DNA of 55,811 bases from Candidatus Woesearchaeota archaeon (GTDB lineage Archaea > Nanobdellota > Nanobdellia > Woesearchaeales > GW2011-AR9): the NCBI GenBank assembly GCA_018303285.1, contig JAGVYL010000015.1, positions 1 through 55,811 on the forward strand. Reading direction: 5' to 3'. Under the pieces are notes generated by a model that saw only the letters and a list, made by a program, of their open reading frames with translations, was not told the origin of the DNA and made no database searches. The translations under genes were made by a program, and so were the position numbers. This document shows, piece by piece, positions 44,323 through 52,900 of the stretch (position 1 is the stretch's first letter; each line of letters begins with the position of its first letter).

Positions 44323-44850
44323 ATGGACTTGAAAGAGGTGAAGAAAGAGATAGAAAGCTTGCTGGAGCCTAAGATCCTGGCCGGACAGATAGAAAAAGCC
44401 GTAGAACTAGCCGCCCCAGCTAAAAAAAGAGCTTTTTCTAAGGAATTCTCTTCTTTAAGGAAGTCTCTTCAGGAAATAAAATCTTTAGAGACCAGCTCTT
44501 TTTACGATCTGCATTACCATCTTACTGCCTTAGGAACTGCTCAGCTTTTAGAAGATTCCCGCAAAGTGAAATTCCTTTCTCATAAGATTGTCAAAGATAC
44601 CACTTTTGGCATATCCGCTCTAATCAAAGAGACTAAACTCTTGCAGGAACATACAAATCAATTGCAGCAGAGTTTTTCTAAACTAGCCCCCCATCTTGCT
44701 CAGGGCATGGATTTGGAGAGTAGTCTTTTATTTACGGAAAGCAAACCAGAGAACAAGATATTTCAGCTAAAAGAATCTTCAAAGAAACGAGCCCAGATTC
44801 TTCAGCGTATGGGAAAACATTTTGTAGCGTTAATCAAGAAGAAAAAATGA
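44323..44850 (+). CDS. Hypothetical helical protein
   Basis: 175-aa ORF. Its stop overlaps the ATG of the trxB remnant (ATGA). Confidence 0.5.
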   Translation: MDLKEVKKEIESLLEPKILAGQIEKAVELAAPAKKRAFSKEFSSLRKSLQEIKSLETSSFYDLHYHLTALGTAQLLEDSRKVKFLSHKIVKDTTFGISALIKETKLLQEHTNQLQQSFSKLAPHLAQGMDLESSLLFTESKPENKIFQLKESSKKRAQILQRMGKHFVALIKKKK

Positions 44851-45727
44851 AACCCTACGAAACCGTGATTATCGGAGCAGGTATTGCCGGCTGTACCGCA
44901 GCCATCTATGCCCCAAAGACTTCGGCGGTCAGTTCTTAGAATCTGGAGAAGTGTTGAATTATCCCGGAATCAAGCAGACTACGGGGGCAGAGTTTGCCGG
45001 ATTGATGGAAAAGCAGCTTAAATTTAATGGAGTAAACGCAGAGTTGGGAGTAGAGATAAAAAAGATAGAAAAGAAAAAAGAGCTTTTTCTTATCAAGACC
45101 AACAAAAAAGATTATTTGACTAAAACAATGATTATTACTACTGGAGCTCGGGCCAGAGAATTGAATGTAACGGGCGAGAAACGCCTGAAACAGAAAGGAG
45201 TGACATATTGTGCTATTTGTGATGGGCCATTATACAAAGGAAAAGAAGTAGCAGTGATTGGTGGAGGAGATTCTGCTTTGGAAGCCGCAGATTTTCTGCT
45301 TAACCTGGCCAAGAAAATTTATATTGTTAACCTGGCTGATTCTTTCAAAGCTCATGAATACCTGCAGGAACGAATCAAGAAGCATCCAAAAGTTACAGTT
45401 ATTCCTAATGCCGAGACTAAAGAGATTTTAGGCGAGAAATTTGTTAACGGGTTGAAGTATAAACAAAAAGGCAAGATAAAAATTTTAAAAGTACAAGGAA
45501 TCTTTGTAGAGATTGGTCGAATGCCTAATGCCGAATTTGCTCGAGGCTTTTTGGAGTTAGATGTTCATAATCATATTCTTATTAATTGTCAGACCGAGAC
45601 TTCTGTTCCAGGCGTTTTTGCTGCTGGTGACTGCTCTTCGGTCCATGAATATCAGTATGTCATTGCCGCCGGCCAAGCCTGTACGGCTTTGCTGAAATGT
45701 GCAAGATATTTGGCTAGGAAACGTTAG
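44847..45727 (+). pseudogene. trxB: Thioredoxin reductase, disrupted (frameshift plus short internal deletion near the N-terminus)
   Basis: Frame 1: MKPYETVIIGAGIAGCTAAIYAPKTSAVSS*, with the stop at 44937-44939. Another frame continues DFGGQFLESGEVLNYPGIK...VTYCAICDGPLYKGKEVAVIGGGDSALE...GVFAAGDC. The ~10 residues normally between IYA.R and GGQ are missing. Confidence 0.7.
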
Positions 45728-46134
45728 TGGTTCATTCTTGCTAAGATAATTCCCCCCACAATACTGTTAATTAATCCGCTGACAGTCCAAGAAATTATAG
45801 TCAGCAGGGAAAGAGTAAAACTGCTATAACTGATTAACATTCCTGGAACTGTGGCAATGAGCCATATTGCTATTCCAAACTGGTTTCCTTTTTGGAAAAT
45901 CGAACCCTGAAACAATCCTTTTGTTCTGTCCCATACCCCGGCGAGAATTATTCCTAAGACAAAAGGATGCAGGAAGAATAACATCATTAACGGATCCTGC
46001 CAAGACCGCATGATATTTGTATTTTGATAATCCGCTGCTATTGTCGGAAAAAGCATAAAACCATAGTTTATGAGCATGCTTACAGCTAGAATAACCACTC
46101 CCACAATAATTCCCGATAAAATAATTTTTTTCAT
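45724..46134 (-). CDS. Integral membrane protein
   Basis: 136 aa with four hydrophobic helices. Confidence 0.55.
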   Translation of the reverse strand: MKKIILSGIIVGVVILAVSMLINYGFMLFPTIAADYQNTNIMRSWQDPLMMLFFLHPFVLGIILAGVWDRTKGLFQGSIFQKGNQFGIAIWLIATVPGMLISYSSFTLSLLTIISWTVSGLINSIVGGIILARMNH

Positions 46135-46171
46135 TTTTTTACCTCAAGTTAAGGAAAGAGATTTCTGGTAT

Positions 46172-46537
46172 TTATAGTTTACGTTTTTTGAACCAACCGA
46201 TAAGAAATAAGGTTCCGATAAGCCAGGATACTCCCATAATCTGAATCGCCCACAAAAGTAGGTACCATTCAAAGGGATTTCTGAAAATTAAGACCAAGTA
46301 TAATGCTCCGGCCAAGATAAACGCAATTCCACCAACAATTTCATATTTCCAAGAGATTAGCAGAACAATCAGTAAAACAAGTGCGGGGATGTTATGCATA
46401 AACAATGCGCCAATTGTCTGCCAAAAGCTCAATTCCGAAGAGAAAACATCTAAGGACATCAAGGCTAAGAAAGTGATAAAGATTATTGATAAAATTCTTG
46501 GTGTCCAAAATACAAATCTACTTGTTTTTTTCTTCAT
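46172..46537 (-). CDS. Integral membrane protein
   Basis: 121 aa with four hydrophobic helices. Confidence 0.55.
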   Translation of the reverse strand: MKKKTSRFVFWTPRILSIIFITFLALMSLDVFSSELSFWQTIGALFMHNIPALVLLIVLLISWKYEIVGGIAFILAGALYLVLIFRNPFEWYLLLWAIQIMGVSWLIGTLFLIGWFKKRKL

Positions 46538-46636
46538 ATGTGCATTAAAACAAAGGAATATTTAAATTATCCTGTTTGTTAATCGTAGCAAAAAAGTTTG
46601 TTCATAATCAGCTTATATTTAAGACCAGTATTGAGA

Positions 46637-47833
46637 TTATTCTAAATATTTTCTCACCATTTTAGCTATAGCTAAAGCGGAGGTTAGCCCCGGAGAACAA
46701 ATTCCTACTAAGTTAATCATCTTACTATGGATCTCGTCCGGAGCGATATGAAAATCTTGGCTATTAGCAAGAACCGCTTGTATCCCTGTTTGATGTAATT
46801 GTAAATCATTAAGTACAATCTCTGGAAAATATGATTTTATTCTGTTTAGAAATGCAGACGGAAGCGCGAGATCAGAACCAAAATCATCTTTTCTAATGTC
46901 CTCCCCTCTTTTCCGGTTTAAAGGACCAACAGTAACTTCTTTGCCTAATGGAACTGAATGATTGTCCATTGCAAACTCTTCTCCCCCCATGATAGAAAAT
47001 GTTGGAGTTAAATGCACACCCACCGTGAGATGTTTTGATCCATCCGGTTTTTGATACGAAGTTGGTGCAGGATAAATATTCCTAAAAATTTTAAGATTAC
47101 TTCGGGATTGATAAAATTTTGCAGTCTCACCCCGAACCGGAAAGATTTTAAGAGGGAAATCAGGATTGACCATTCTAGCAATTTCATCACTATAAAGACC
47201 GGCTGCGTTGATAATGTATTTAGTAGAAAAATCGTACTCTCCAGATCCGATTGCTTTTGCTTTTACAATAAATTCTTCAGTTTGTGGCGTTATTTTAATA
47301 ACTTCCGTTCCAAGCAAAAAATATTCTTTTAAGTCAGCAAGATCTCGTAATTTGCGAACTACTGAACTTGGATCTACTATCCCCGATGTTGGAACCCATA
47401 ACGCTGAATGAGCCTTAACATTTGGTTCTAAGTTTCTTGCTTGTTCGCCATTAATCTTTTTTACATCCGGAACTAAATTTTCTCTTGAGCGGAATAAAAG
47501 ATTATCTAAAGATTTATCTTCTTCGGCGTTTGTAGCAACAATAAGCTTACCGGTTTGCTTTGAGGGAAGATTATGATCTTTACAAAATTGGTATAACAAT
47601 CTATTTCCAGTAATACATAAATGAGCTTTTAAGGAACTATGATTTTGGTTATAATACACCCCCGCATGGATTACTCCTGAGTTTCTTGCAGTTTGATTTT
47701 CTCCAGGAAAGCTTTTATTTTTTTCTAAAAGACATATGGTCTTGGAGTCTATTATCTGCGATAGTTCATATGCCACCGCATTTCCGATTATACCTCCCCC
47801 CACAATAGTTGCATAACGGTCTGTCATGAACAT
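46637..47833 (-). CDS. FAD-dependent oxidoreductase, L-2-hydroxyglutarate oxidase/dehydrogenase-like
   Basis: ATIVGGGIIGNAVAYEL, NSGVIHAGVYY, NAAGLYSDEIA, PVRGE: an LhgO/DAO-family pattern. Confidence 0.75.
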   Translation of the reverse strand: MFMTDRYATIVGGGIIGNAVAYELSQIIDSKTICLLEKNKSFPGENQTARNSGVIHAGVYYNQNHSSLKAHLCITGNRLLYQFCKDHNLPSKQTGKLIVATNAEEDKSLDNLLFRSRENLVPDVKKINGEQARNLEPNVKAHSALWVPTSGIVDPSSVVRKLRDLADLKEYFLLGTEVIKITPQTEEFIVKAKAIGSGEYDFSTKYIINAAGLYSDEIARMVNPDFPLKIFPVRGETAKFYQSRSNLKIFRNIYPAPTSYQKPDGSKHLTVGVHLTPTFSIMGGEEFAMDNHSVPLGKEVTVGPLNRKRGEDIRKDDFGSDLALPSAFLNRIKSYFPEIVLNDLQLHQTGIQAVLANSQDFHIAPDEIHSKMINLVGICSPGLTSALAIAKMVRKYLE

Positions 47834-47938
47834 GCATCTTCATAGTTTAATTATAAAGATTTTGTAAGCGCCAACTATACTTTAATCAGCATCGTAGAAG
47901 AAAGTTTTAGATGATGAACAAATTGAGCATAAAACGAT

Positions 47939-48037
47939 GTTATGCTTCCCTGCCTCGAATTTTCCTTCGACCGTAGTCAGAGCTGGAAAATTCAGAGTCG
48001 CAGGGTCGAGGCGTAGCTGAGAAGTATTTTGGTGGGC
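47939..48037. repeat. Structured intergenic repeat, copy A (GTTATGC head, bulged 58-nt hairpin at 47948-48005, GAGAAGTATTTTGG tail)
   Basis: Pairs: CCCTGC/GCAGGG, 2-nt bulge TC, CTC/GAG, 1-nt bulge A, GAATTTTCC/GGAAAATTC, 19-nt loop. Same geometry as copy B with different helix sequences. Confidence 0.7.
48023..48037. repeat. Left arm of the 15-bp inverted repeat bracketing the Fic gene
   Basis: AGTATTTTGGTGGGC. The reverse complement of 49113-49127 is AATATTTTGGTGGGC (14/15 identical). Confidence 0.7.
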
Positions 48038-48082
48038 TAAGTTGTTCCGTTATACGACAAAGAGGCAGGTGTACGTGCACAG

Positions 48083-49030
48083 TTATGTTTCGGTTTGTTT
48101 TTCTTTGTGCCCGTAACTTCTAATTTGATCAATAATCAAGTCTAGCATTTCAGCAATATAGTTTTTGTTATCGTTCTTATCAGCTTTCTCTATAGCTTGA
48201 TAGTATTGTTCTCTTTTTTCAAATGGGATAAAAAACATGGGATAACTCTTCTTCATTAAAACAAAATTCATTACTGCTCTGGCAGTTCTACCATTTCCAT
48301 CTTCAAAAGGATGAATCCAAGCAATACGAGCATGGATTATGGTAGCTAACTCAAAAGGATGAAGCTTATTTTTATTGGTATTGTACCATTTGAACAGGTT
48401 GAGTAAGTGCCTTTTAACTTCCTCGTGTTTCGGCGGAATATGATTAGAACCATGAATTTGCACATCAAAGAACCGAACTCGTCCGCCATAAACTACGCCC
48501 GTGTTTTTGGTTAAGATACCATTTAATTTTTCTAAAAAATGCTTGTTTAAATCTCCTTTGTAAGATTTAAGATATTCCAAGCATTCTCTTCCGTTAATAG
48601 CTTCGTTGTAATCTTCTGCTCTCACGCCAGAAGGAATAACTTTATCTTTAAGAATTAAAGCAGTTTGTCTGAGGGTGAGTCTATTTCCCTCGATAGCATT
48701 GGTATGATAGGTAAAGCGGATAACAAAGTCTTCGTTTAATTTTTCTCTAACACTTTTAGGGATTTGCTTGAGCCACTCTTTGTAGCTTTCTTTCAAATCC
48801 TGCAAAGTCTCTGCATCGTGCTCGGAAAGATAAGCATATTCTGATCTTTTGATGAATTGTTGCGATTCTGCTTCTATTTTCTTAGTGGATTGAGCTAGTT
48901 CTTCTTTAGACGGTTGTTTGTCTCCGAAGTAAATCCGCACTTTTTTCCATTTATTCAAGCCTAAGCGGATATTTTTAGTGAGATAGAAGTATTCTTTCTT
49001 ATTACGTTTGATAATTTCTACGTAGGCCAT
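48083..49030 (-). CDS. Fic-domain protein (AMPylase type) with an N-terminal inhibitory motif
   Basis: Canonical HPFEDGNGRTARAVMNF (HxFx[DE]GNGRxxR) and an upstream TNAIEGN matching the (S/T)xxxE(G/N) auto-inhibition helix. Confidence 0.9.
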   Translation of the reverse strand: MAYVEIIKRNKKEYFYLTKNIRLGLNKWKKVRIYFGDKQPSKEELAQSTKKIEAESQQFIKRSEYAYLSEHDAETLQDLKESYKEWLKQIPKSVREKLNEDFVIRFTYHTNAIEGNRLTLRQTALILKDKVIPSGVRAEDYNEAINGRECLEYLKSYKGDLNKHFLEKLNGILTKNTGVVYGGRVRFFDVQIHGSNHIPPKHEEVKRHLLNLFKWYNTNKNKLHPFELATIIHARIAWIHPFEDGNGRTARAVMNFVLMKKSYPMFFIPFEKREQYYQAIEKADKNDNKNYIAEMLDLIIDQIRSYGHKEKQTET

Positions 49031-49112
49031 ATACTAATGTATGGGCACGTGATATTTAAATGTTTCGGTTAAATGTGGACATACAGATGATCATCCGTTT
49101 TTAGTTCATCGT

Positions 49113-49127
49113 GCCCACCAAAATATT
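49113..49127. repeat. Right arm of the 15-bp inverted repeat bracketing the Fic gene
   Basis: GCCCACCAAAATATT. See 48023-48037. Confidence 0.7.
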
Positions 49128-49139
49128 AAGCTTAATGGT

Positions 49140-49260
49140 GTTATGTTCTCGGCTCCTCGTGAGCCCCCTCGAAAACACGAAAGTGTTTTCAGAGCTGGGG
49201 CGATAGAGATGAGACGACCGAGCATTTTTTCCCGCAGGAAAAAAGCGGAGGAGTTTTGGG
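49140..49260. repeat. Structured intergenic repeat, copy B (GTTATGT head, 39-nt hairpin at 49163-49201, 48-nt module shared with copy C)
   Basis: Pairs: GCCCC/GGGGC, bulge CT, CTC/GAG, bulge A, GAAAACAC/GTGTTTTC, GAAA loop. Then GATGAGACGACCGAGCATTTTTTCCCGCAGGAAAAAAGCGGAGGAGTT (49208-49255). Confidence 0.7.
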
Positions 49261-49304
49261 TTTTTCACATAAAGTTTATAAGGATTCTAAATTTTCTGTT
49301 TGGA

Positions 49305-49688
49305 ATGATAGCGGGGATTAACAATAACGCAGATATAAACTCCTACTTGGAAGCAGAGGAGATAGAGAGGCTTCCACGAGAAACTATCGAAGGAGTTCTT
49401 ATAGATATACGAAAACCGAAGAGGCAAGGAACTTTGACTATATCTGTTGGAGGAGAAGGTGGCATTAAGGTAGATGATAAAGATTATTGGGTGACAGAAG
49501 AAGGTTTTCGTGTAGTAGCTATTATGACACCAAGACATTATCAAGAACTCCGAGAAAGAGCAATGATTGGAGTAAGAATACCTGATAAAGGTAAGTTTCA
49601 TGTATATGACCTATCAAGGCTCGATACTTGGAGAGCAACTGAAGTAAAAAATTTAGAATCCTATCGTGATAATAAACAGATTGCCTGA
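49305..49688 (+). CDS. Hypothetical protein (127 aa)
   Basis: Start moved to ATG 49305 because the track ORF N-terminus (49143-49304) is translated repeat B. TTTATAA at ~49275-49281 lies ~25 nt upstream. No family recognised. Confidence 0.5.
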   Translation: MIAGINNNADINSYLEAEEIERLPRETIEGVLIDIRKPKRQGTLTISVGGEGGIKVDDKDYWVTEEGFRVVAIMTPRHYQELRERAMIGVRIPDKGKFHVYDLSRLDTWRATEVKNLESYRDNKQIA

Positions 49689-49726
49689 AAGGTTCTGGTG
49701 AAAAACCCAAAATTGAACATAATTAT

Positions 49727-49845
49727 GTTATATTCTTTTCTCCCCGAGGCGAAGGCGAGGCAAATTTGGGACAAATTTACACTCCTGCCGAGACTCGGGA
49801 TGAGAAAACCGAGCATTTTTTCCGCAGAAAAAAGCGGATGAGTTG
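49727..49845. repeat. Structured intergenic repeat, copy C (GTTATAT head, divergent hairpin, 46-nt module shared with copy B)
   Basis: CCCGAG/CTCGGG outer helix (49743-49748/49794-49799). GATGAGAAAACCGAGCATTTTTTCCGCAGAAAAAAGCGGATGAGTT (49799-49844) differs from copy B by 3 substitutions and two 1-nt indels. Confidence 0.65.
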
Positions 49846-49916
49846 AGTTCTCGCTTTATCAATACTGCGAAGCAGACTAGAATTCGTTAGGGAAGGGGGG
49901 GGCGTCCGTTTTTTTG

Positions 49917-49937
49917 CTTCTTTTTCCTAAAAAGAAG
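49917..49937 (-). terminator. Hairpin downstream of the helicase gene stop
   Basis: CTTCTTTTT/AAAAAGAAG 9-bp stem with a 3-nt loop, flanked by A/T runs. It lies 31 nt beyond the minus-strand stop at 49968. Confidence 0.4.
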
Positions 49938-49967
49938 AATAGGAAGGGGCGTCGTTAAAAAGTAGTT

Positions 49968-52900
49968 TCATCTCTTTAATTTTATTTTGTCTTTTTCTTC
50001 ATCTATTAATTTATTCTTTATTAAATGATTAATTGCTTCCTCAACTTTATCTCTTATCTTATTTCCTGTTCGGTTATTATTATAAATTCCTCTTGCTATA
50101 TCTGAGGTTATAGCTTTTTTTGTTGCGCTGAAAGAATTCTTTAAAATATCAATTATTGCCCCAGCTAATTCTTCTTTAGGGATTAAAATAAATGACCTGT
50201 CACTTTCTTCTGAAAGTTTTACTTCGGAAAATATATTTATAGGTTCAAGAGAAACAGTGTTTTGGTAAATATTGATTCCCTTATCTTTCTTTAATTCCTT
50301 TAATATTTCTTCAAATAAATGTTCTATTCTTCGTCCTAACTTTTGAATACCCATTGAAGACAATACTCTTTTGTATAATAATTCTTTTTCAATCGGACTC
50401 TCTATTTCTAGAACTTGCATTATTTTTCTTTTAATGACAGAAACTGCCGAATAATTGTTAAGGCTTCCGTAACTGTCAAATTCTAAATCCATATCTGATT
50501 TTGAAAGCTCTGCTATTTTGTATTTTTTATATTTATCCTTGAGTTCAATTTCTTTAAAGTCTTCTTTTTCATCAATTTTTGATAAACAATTATTCTGTTT
50601 GGGTTCTGAAATACCTTTTGATTTCAAGATATTTTTAACTTTCTCCCTTACCTTTTCGATTTCGTATTCCTTGTTATTTAACCAATCATCAGACCAAATT
50701 CTGATTATATTCCAACCGAGATTCTCTAATACAACTTGCCTGATTTTGTCCCTATCTCTTGCAAATCTTGAAGAATGGTATTGTGAGCCATCACATTCAA
50801 CACCCAAAATATATTCTCCGGGTTTTTTTGGATGTTTTATGGCTAAATCTACCCTGTACCCAGAACAACCAATCTGACAGCTTACATCAAATCCTTCTTT
50901 TATTAATTCCTCATAAACAGCTTCTTCAAAAGAAGAATCAAATTGTAGCCCCTCGGTTTTCTGTAAGTACTTAGTAAAATCTTTATTTTTTGCAAAATCT
51001 AAATAATATTTTAAGTACCTCACGCCTTCTGCATTAATTTTATCTTCGTCTAACTCGTCAGGAAGCATCGACGAAATAACAACTGTTTTAAATCTTGAAC
51101 GAGTTATTGATACATTAAGTCTTTTGTAGCCTCCTTCTTTATTCAATGGACCAAAATTATAACTAAATTTACCTGAGGAGTCTTTGCCATAACCTACACT
51201 TAGAATAATAATGTCTCTTTCGTCACCTTGCACGGTTTCAAGATTTTTAACAAATACTTCCTCGTTATTAACATCGATTGACTCTTCTATAGGTATTCCT
51301 GCTATTTGAAATTCCTCTCTAATTGCATTTTCTTGAGCCATACTAAAAGCAATAATTCCAAATGATTTTTTTGGAAACTTCTTTTTTAAATCCCTATAAA
51401 TTTTAACAATCTCCCTCGCTTCAATCCTATTTTTCCTGGATTTTCCTCTGTCATAGACCCCTTGTTTAATATATACAAAATCCAGTCCGCTGTTATCATT
51501 TTCCTTAGGATTTGGGAAGGTTATTAAACGGTTTTCATAAAAGAACCTATTGGAAAAAGATATAAGTGTTTCATTATTACTTCTATAATGCCAATCCAGT
51601 GATTTGGTTCTGAATTTAGTTATTGATTCACTTAAGAAACTCTCTAAATCTTCAATTTCTTCTTCACTTTCATCATCTTGGCTTAAGAAGAATGATGTAG
51701 GTGGGAGTTGTTGTGTATCTCCCATTATTATAGCCTGTTTTGCTCTTATAAGACAAGGAACAGCGTCTTCGGGCATAATTTGAGAGGCTTCATCAAATAT
51801 GACTATATCAAAATTTATATTTTTTGGATTAATATATTGACTAACCGTCAGAGGACTCATCATAAAACAAGGTTTCAAAGCAAAGGCTAAATCTGGTATT
51901 TGTTCTAATAAATCCCTAATAGGTTTTAATCTTCTTTTCTTTTCATTTTCTCGTTTGAGAATGGAAACCTCATTAGAACCCATACTTGAGTAATTGTCTT
52001 TTGGTTGTCTATCTTCAACAGACTCCATAACTTTATACCTAAAAATATCTCTAACTTTTATATCATCATCTCTGAATTTTTCAACAAGACTTTTTGGAGA
52101 AAACTTATTTGATTTTTTGAGTATTTCATCTAAAATCTGGAGATAGTAGGACTTAAGAAAAACCTTGCTGAATTCACTTCTGACAGCATTATCGAAATAT
52201 TTTTTTATAAACTCCTTTACTTCTTCATCTAGCTTTATGAATTCTTCTTTAAATGCAAGAACCTCTTTAAGATTCTTAAATTGGTTATTCAGTTTCTCCA
52301 AAACAGTTAGAACATCTTGAATGTTCTCTAAACTGGTTAATTGTTTAACCTCAAAGAACCCTTCTGTTTCATTTAAAGAATAATAAAAATCTCTAAATAG
52401 TCCTTTCTGATTACAATTAGATAGTGACTGAATTATAGCATAATTTTTACTTTTTGAAATTTTATTTGATATTTCAAAGAGAGGTATCAAGTCTTTACAA
52501 TATTTATCTAATCTGGAGATATTACTTAGATTGCTATAATCACCGATAATCTCTGATTTTTTCTTGTTCTTTGAGACAATTTCATTAAGTTTTCTATTTA
52601 TTTTTTCATATTTGGCTTTCTCATCAAAAAGAGATATCCATTCATTATATCCTATTTTTATTTTTGCATATTTATCCAAATTAGCCTTATTGGTTTTATA
52701 TTCCTGATTAAAAAGTCTAACGAAAAACGAGGTTTCTCTGAATATCTTTTCAACTTGATGTGTGTTTAAATCGTCAATAAAAGAATCTTTTACTCTCTTT
52801 GTCATATCTTCCCGCATCTCTTTTAGCTCCAAAAGAACAGATAGTAACTCTTTTATCAGAGAATTATATTCTTCAAAATCTTTTGAAAGCAAATATGAGA

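Noticed and set aside
47911-48020. Box C/D sRNA (ATGATGA at 47911-47917 and CTGA at 48017-48020) around repeat A
   Set aside because: The boxes are ~100 nt apart, against ~50-60 nt for archaeal C/D sRNAs. There are no C'/D' boxes and no terminal complementary stem flanking the boxes. Copies B and C lack the same boxes.
49143-49304. The 54-residue N-terminal extension of ORF 49143-49688 given in the ORF track
   Set aside because: It is a translation of intergenic repeat copy B. The equivalent sequence in copy C is in a different frame because of 1-nt indels, so it is not conserved as protein. A TATA-like box and an ATG at 49305 give a more plausible start.
47939-49845. Interpreting the structured repeats as canonical integron attC sites (cassette array / CALIN)
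   Set aside because: The GTTATRY heads resemble the GTTRRRY core. But they lie 5' of the hairpins, are not paired with an RYYYAAC inverse core, and the outer helices have unrelated sequences. No integrase is visible in the window. The neighbouring small accessory genes (41.9-44.3 kb) have spacers too short for attC sites. I kept this only as an architectural analogy to be tested with attC models.
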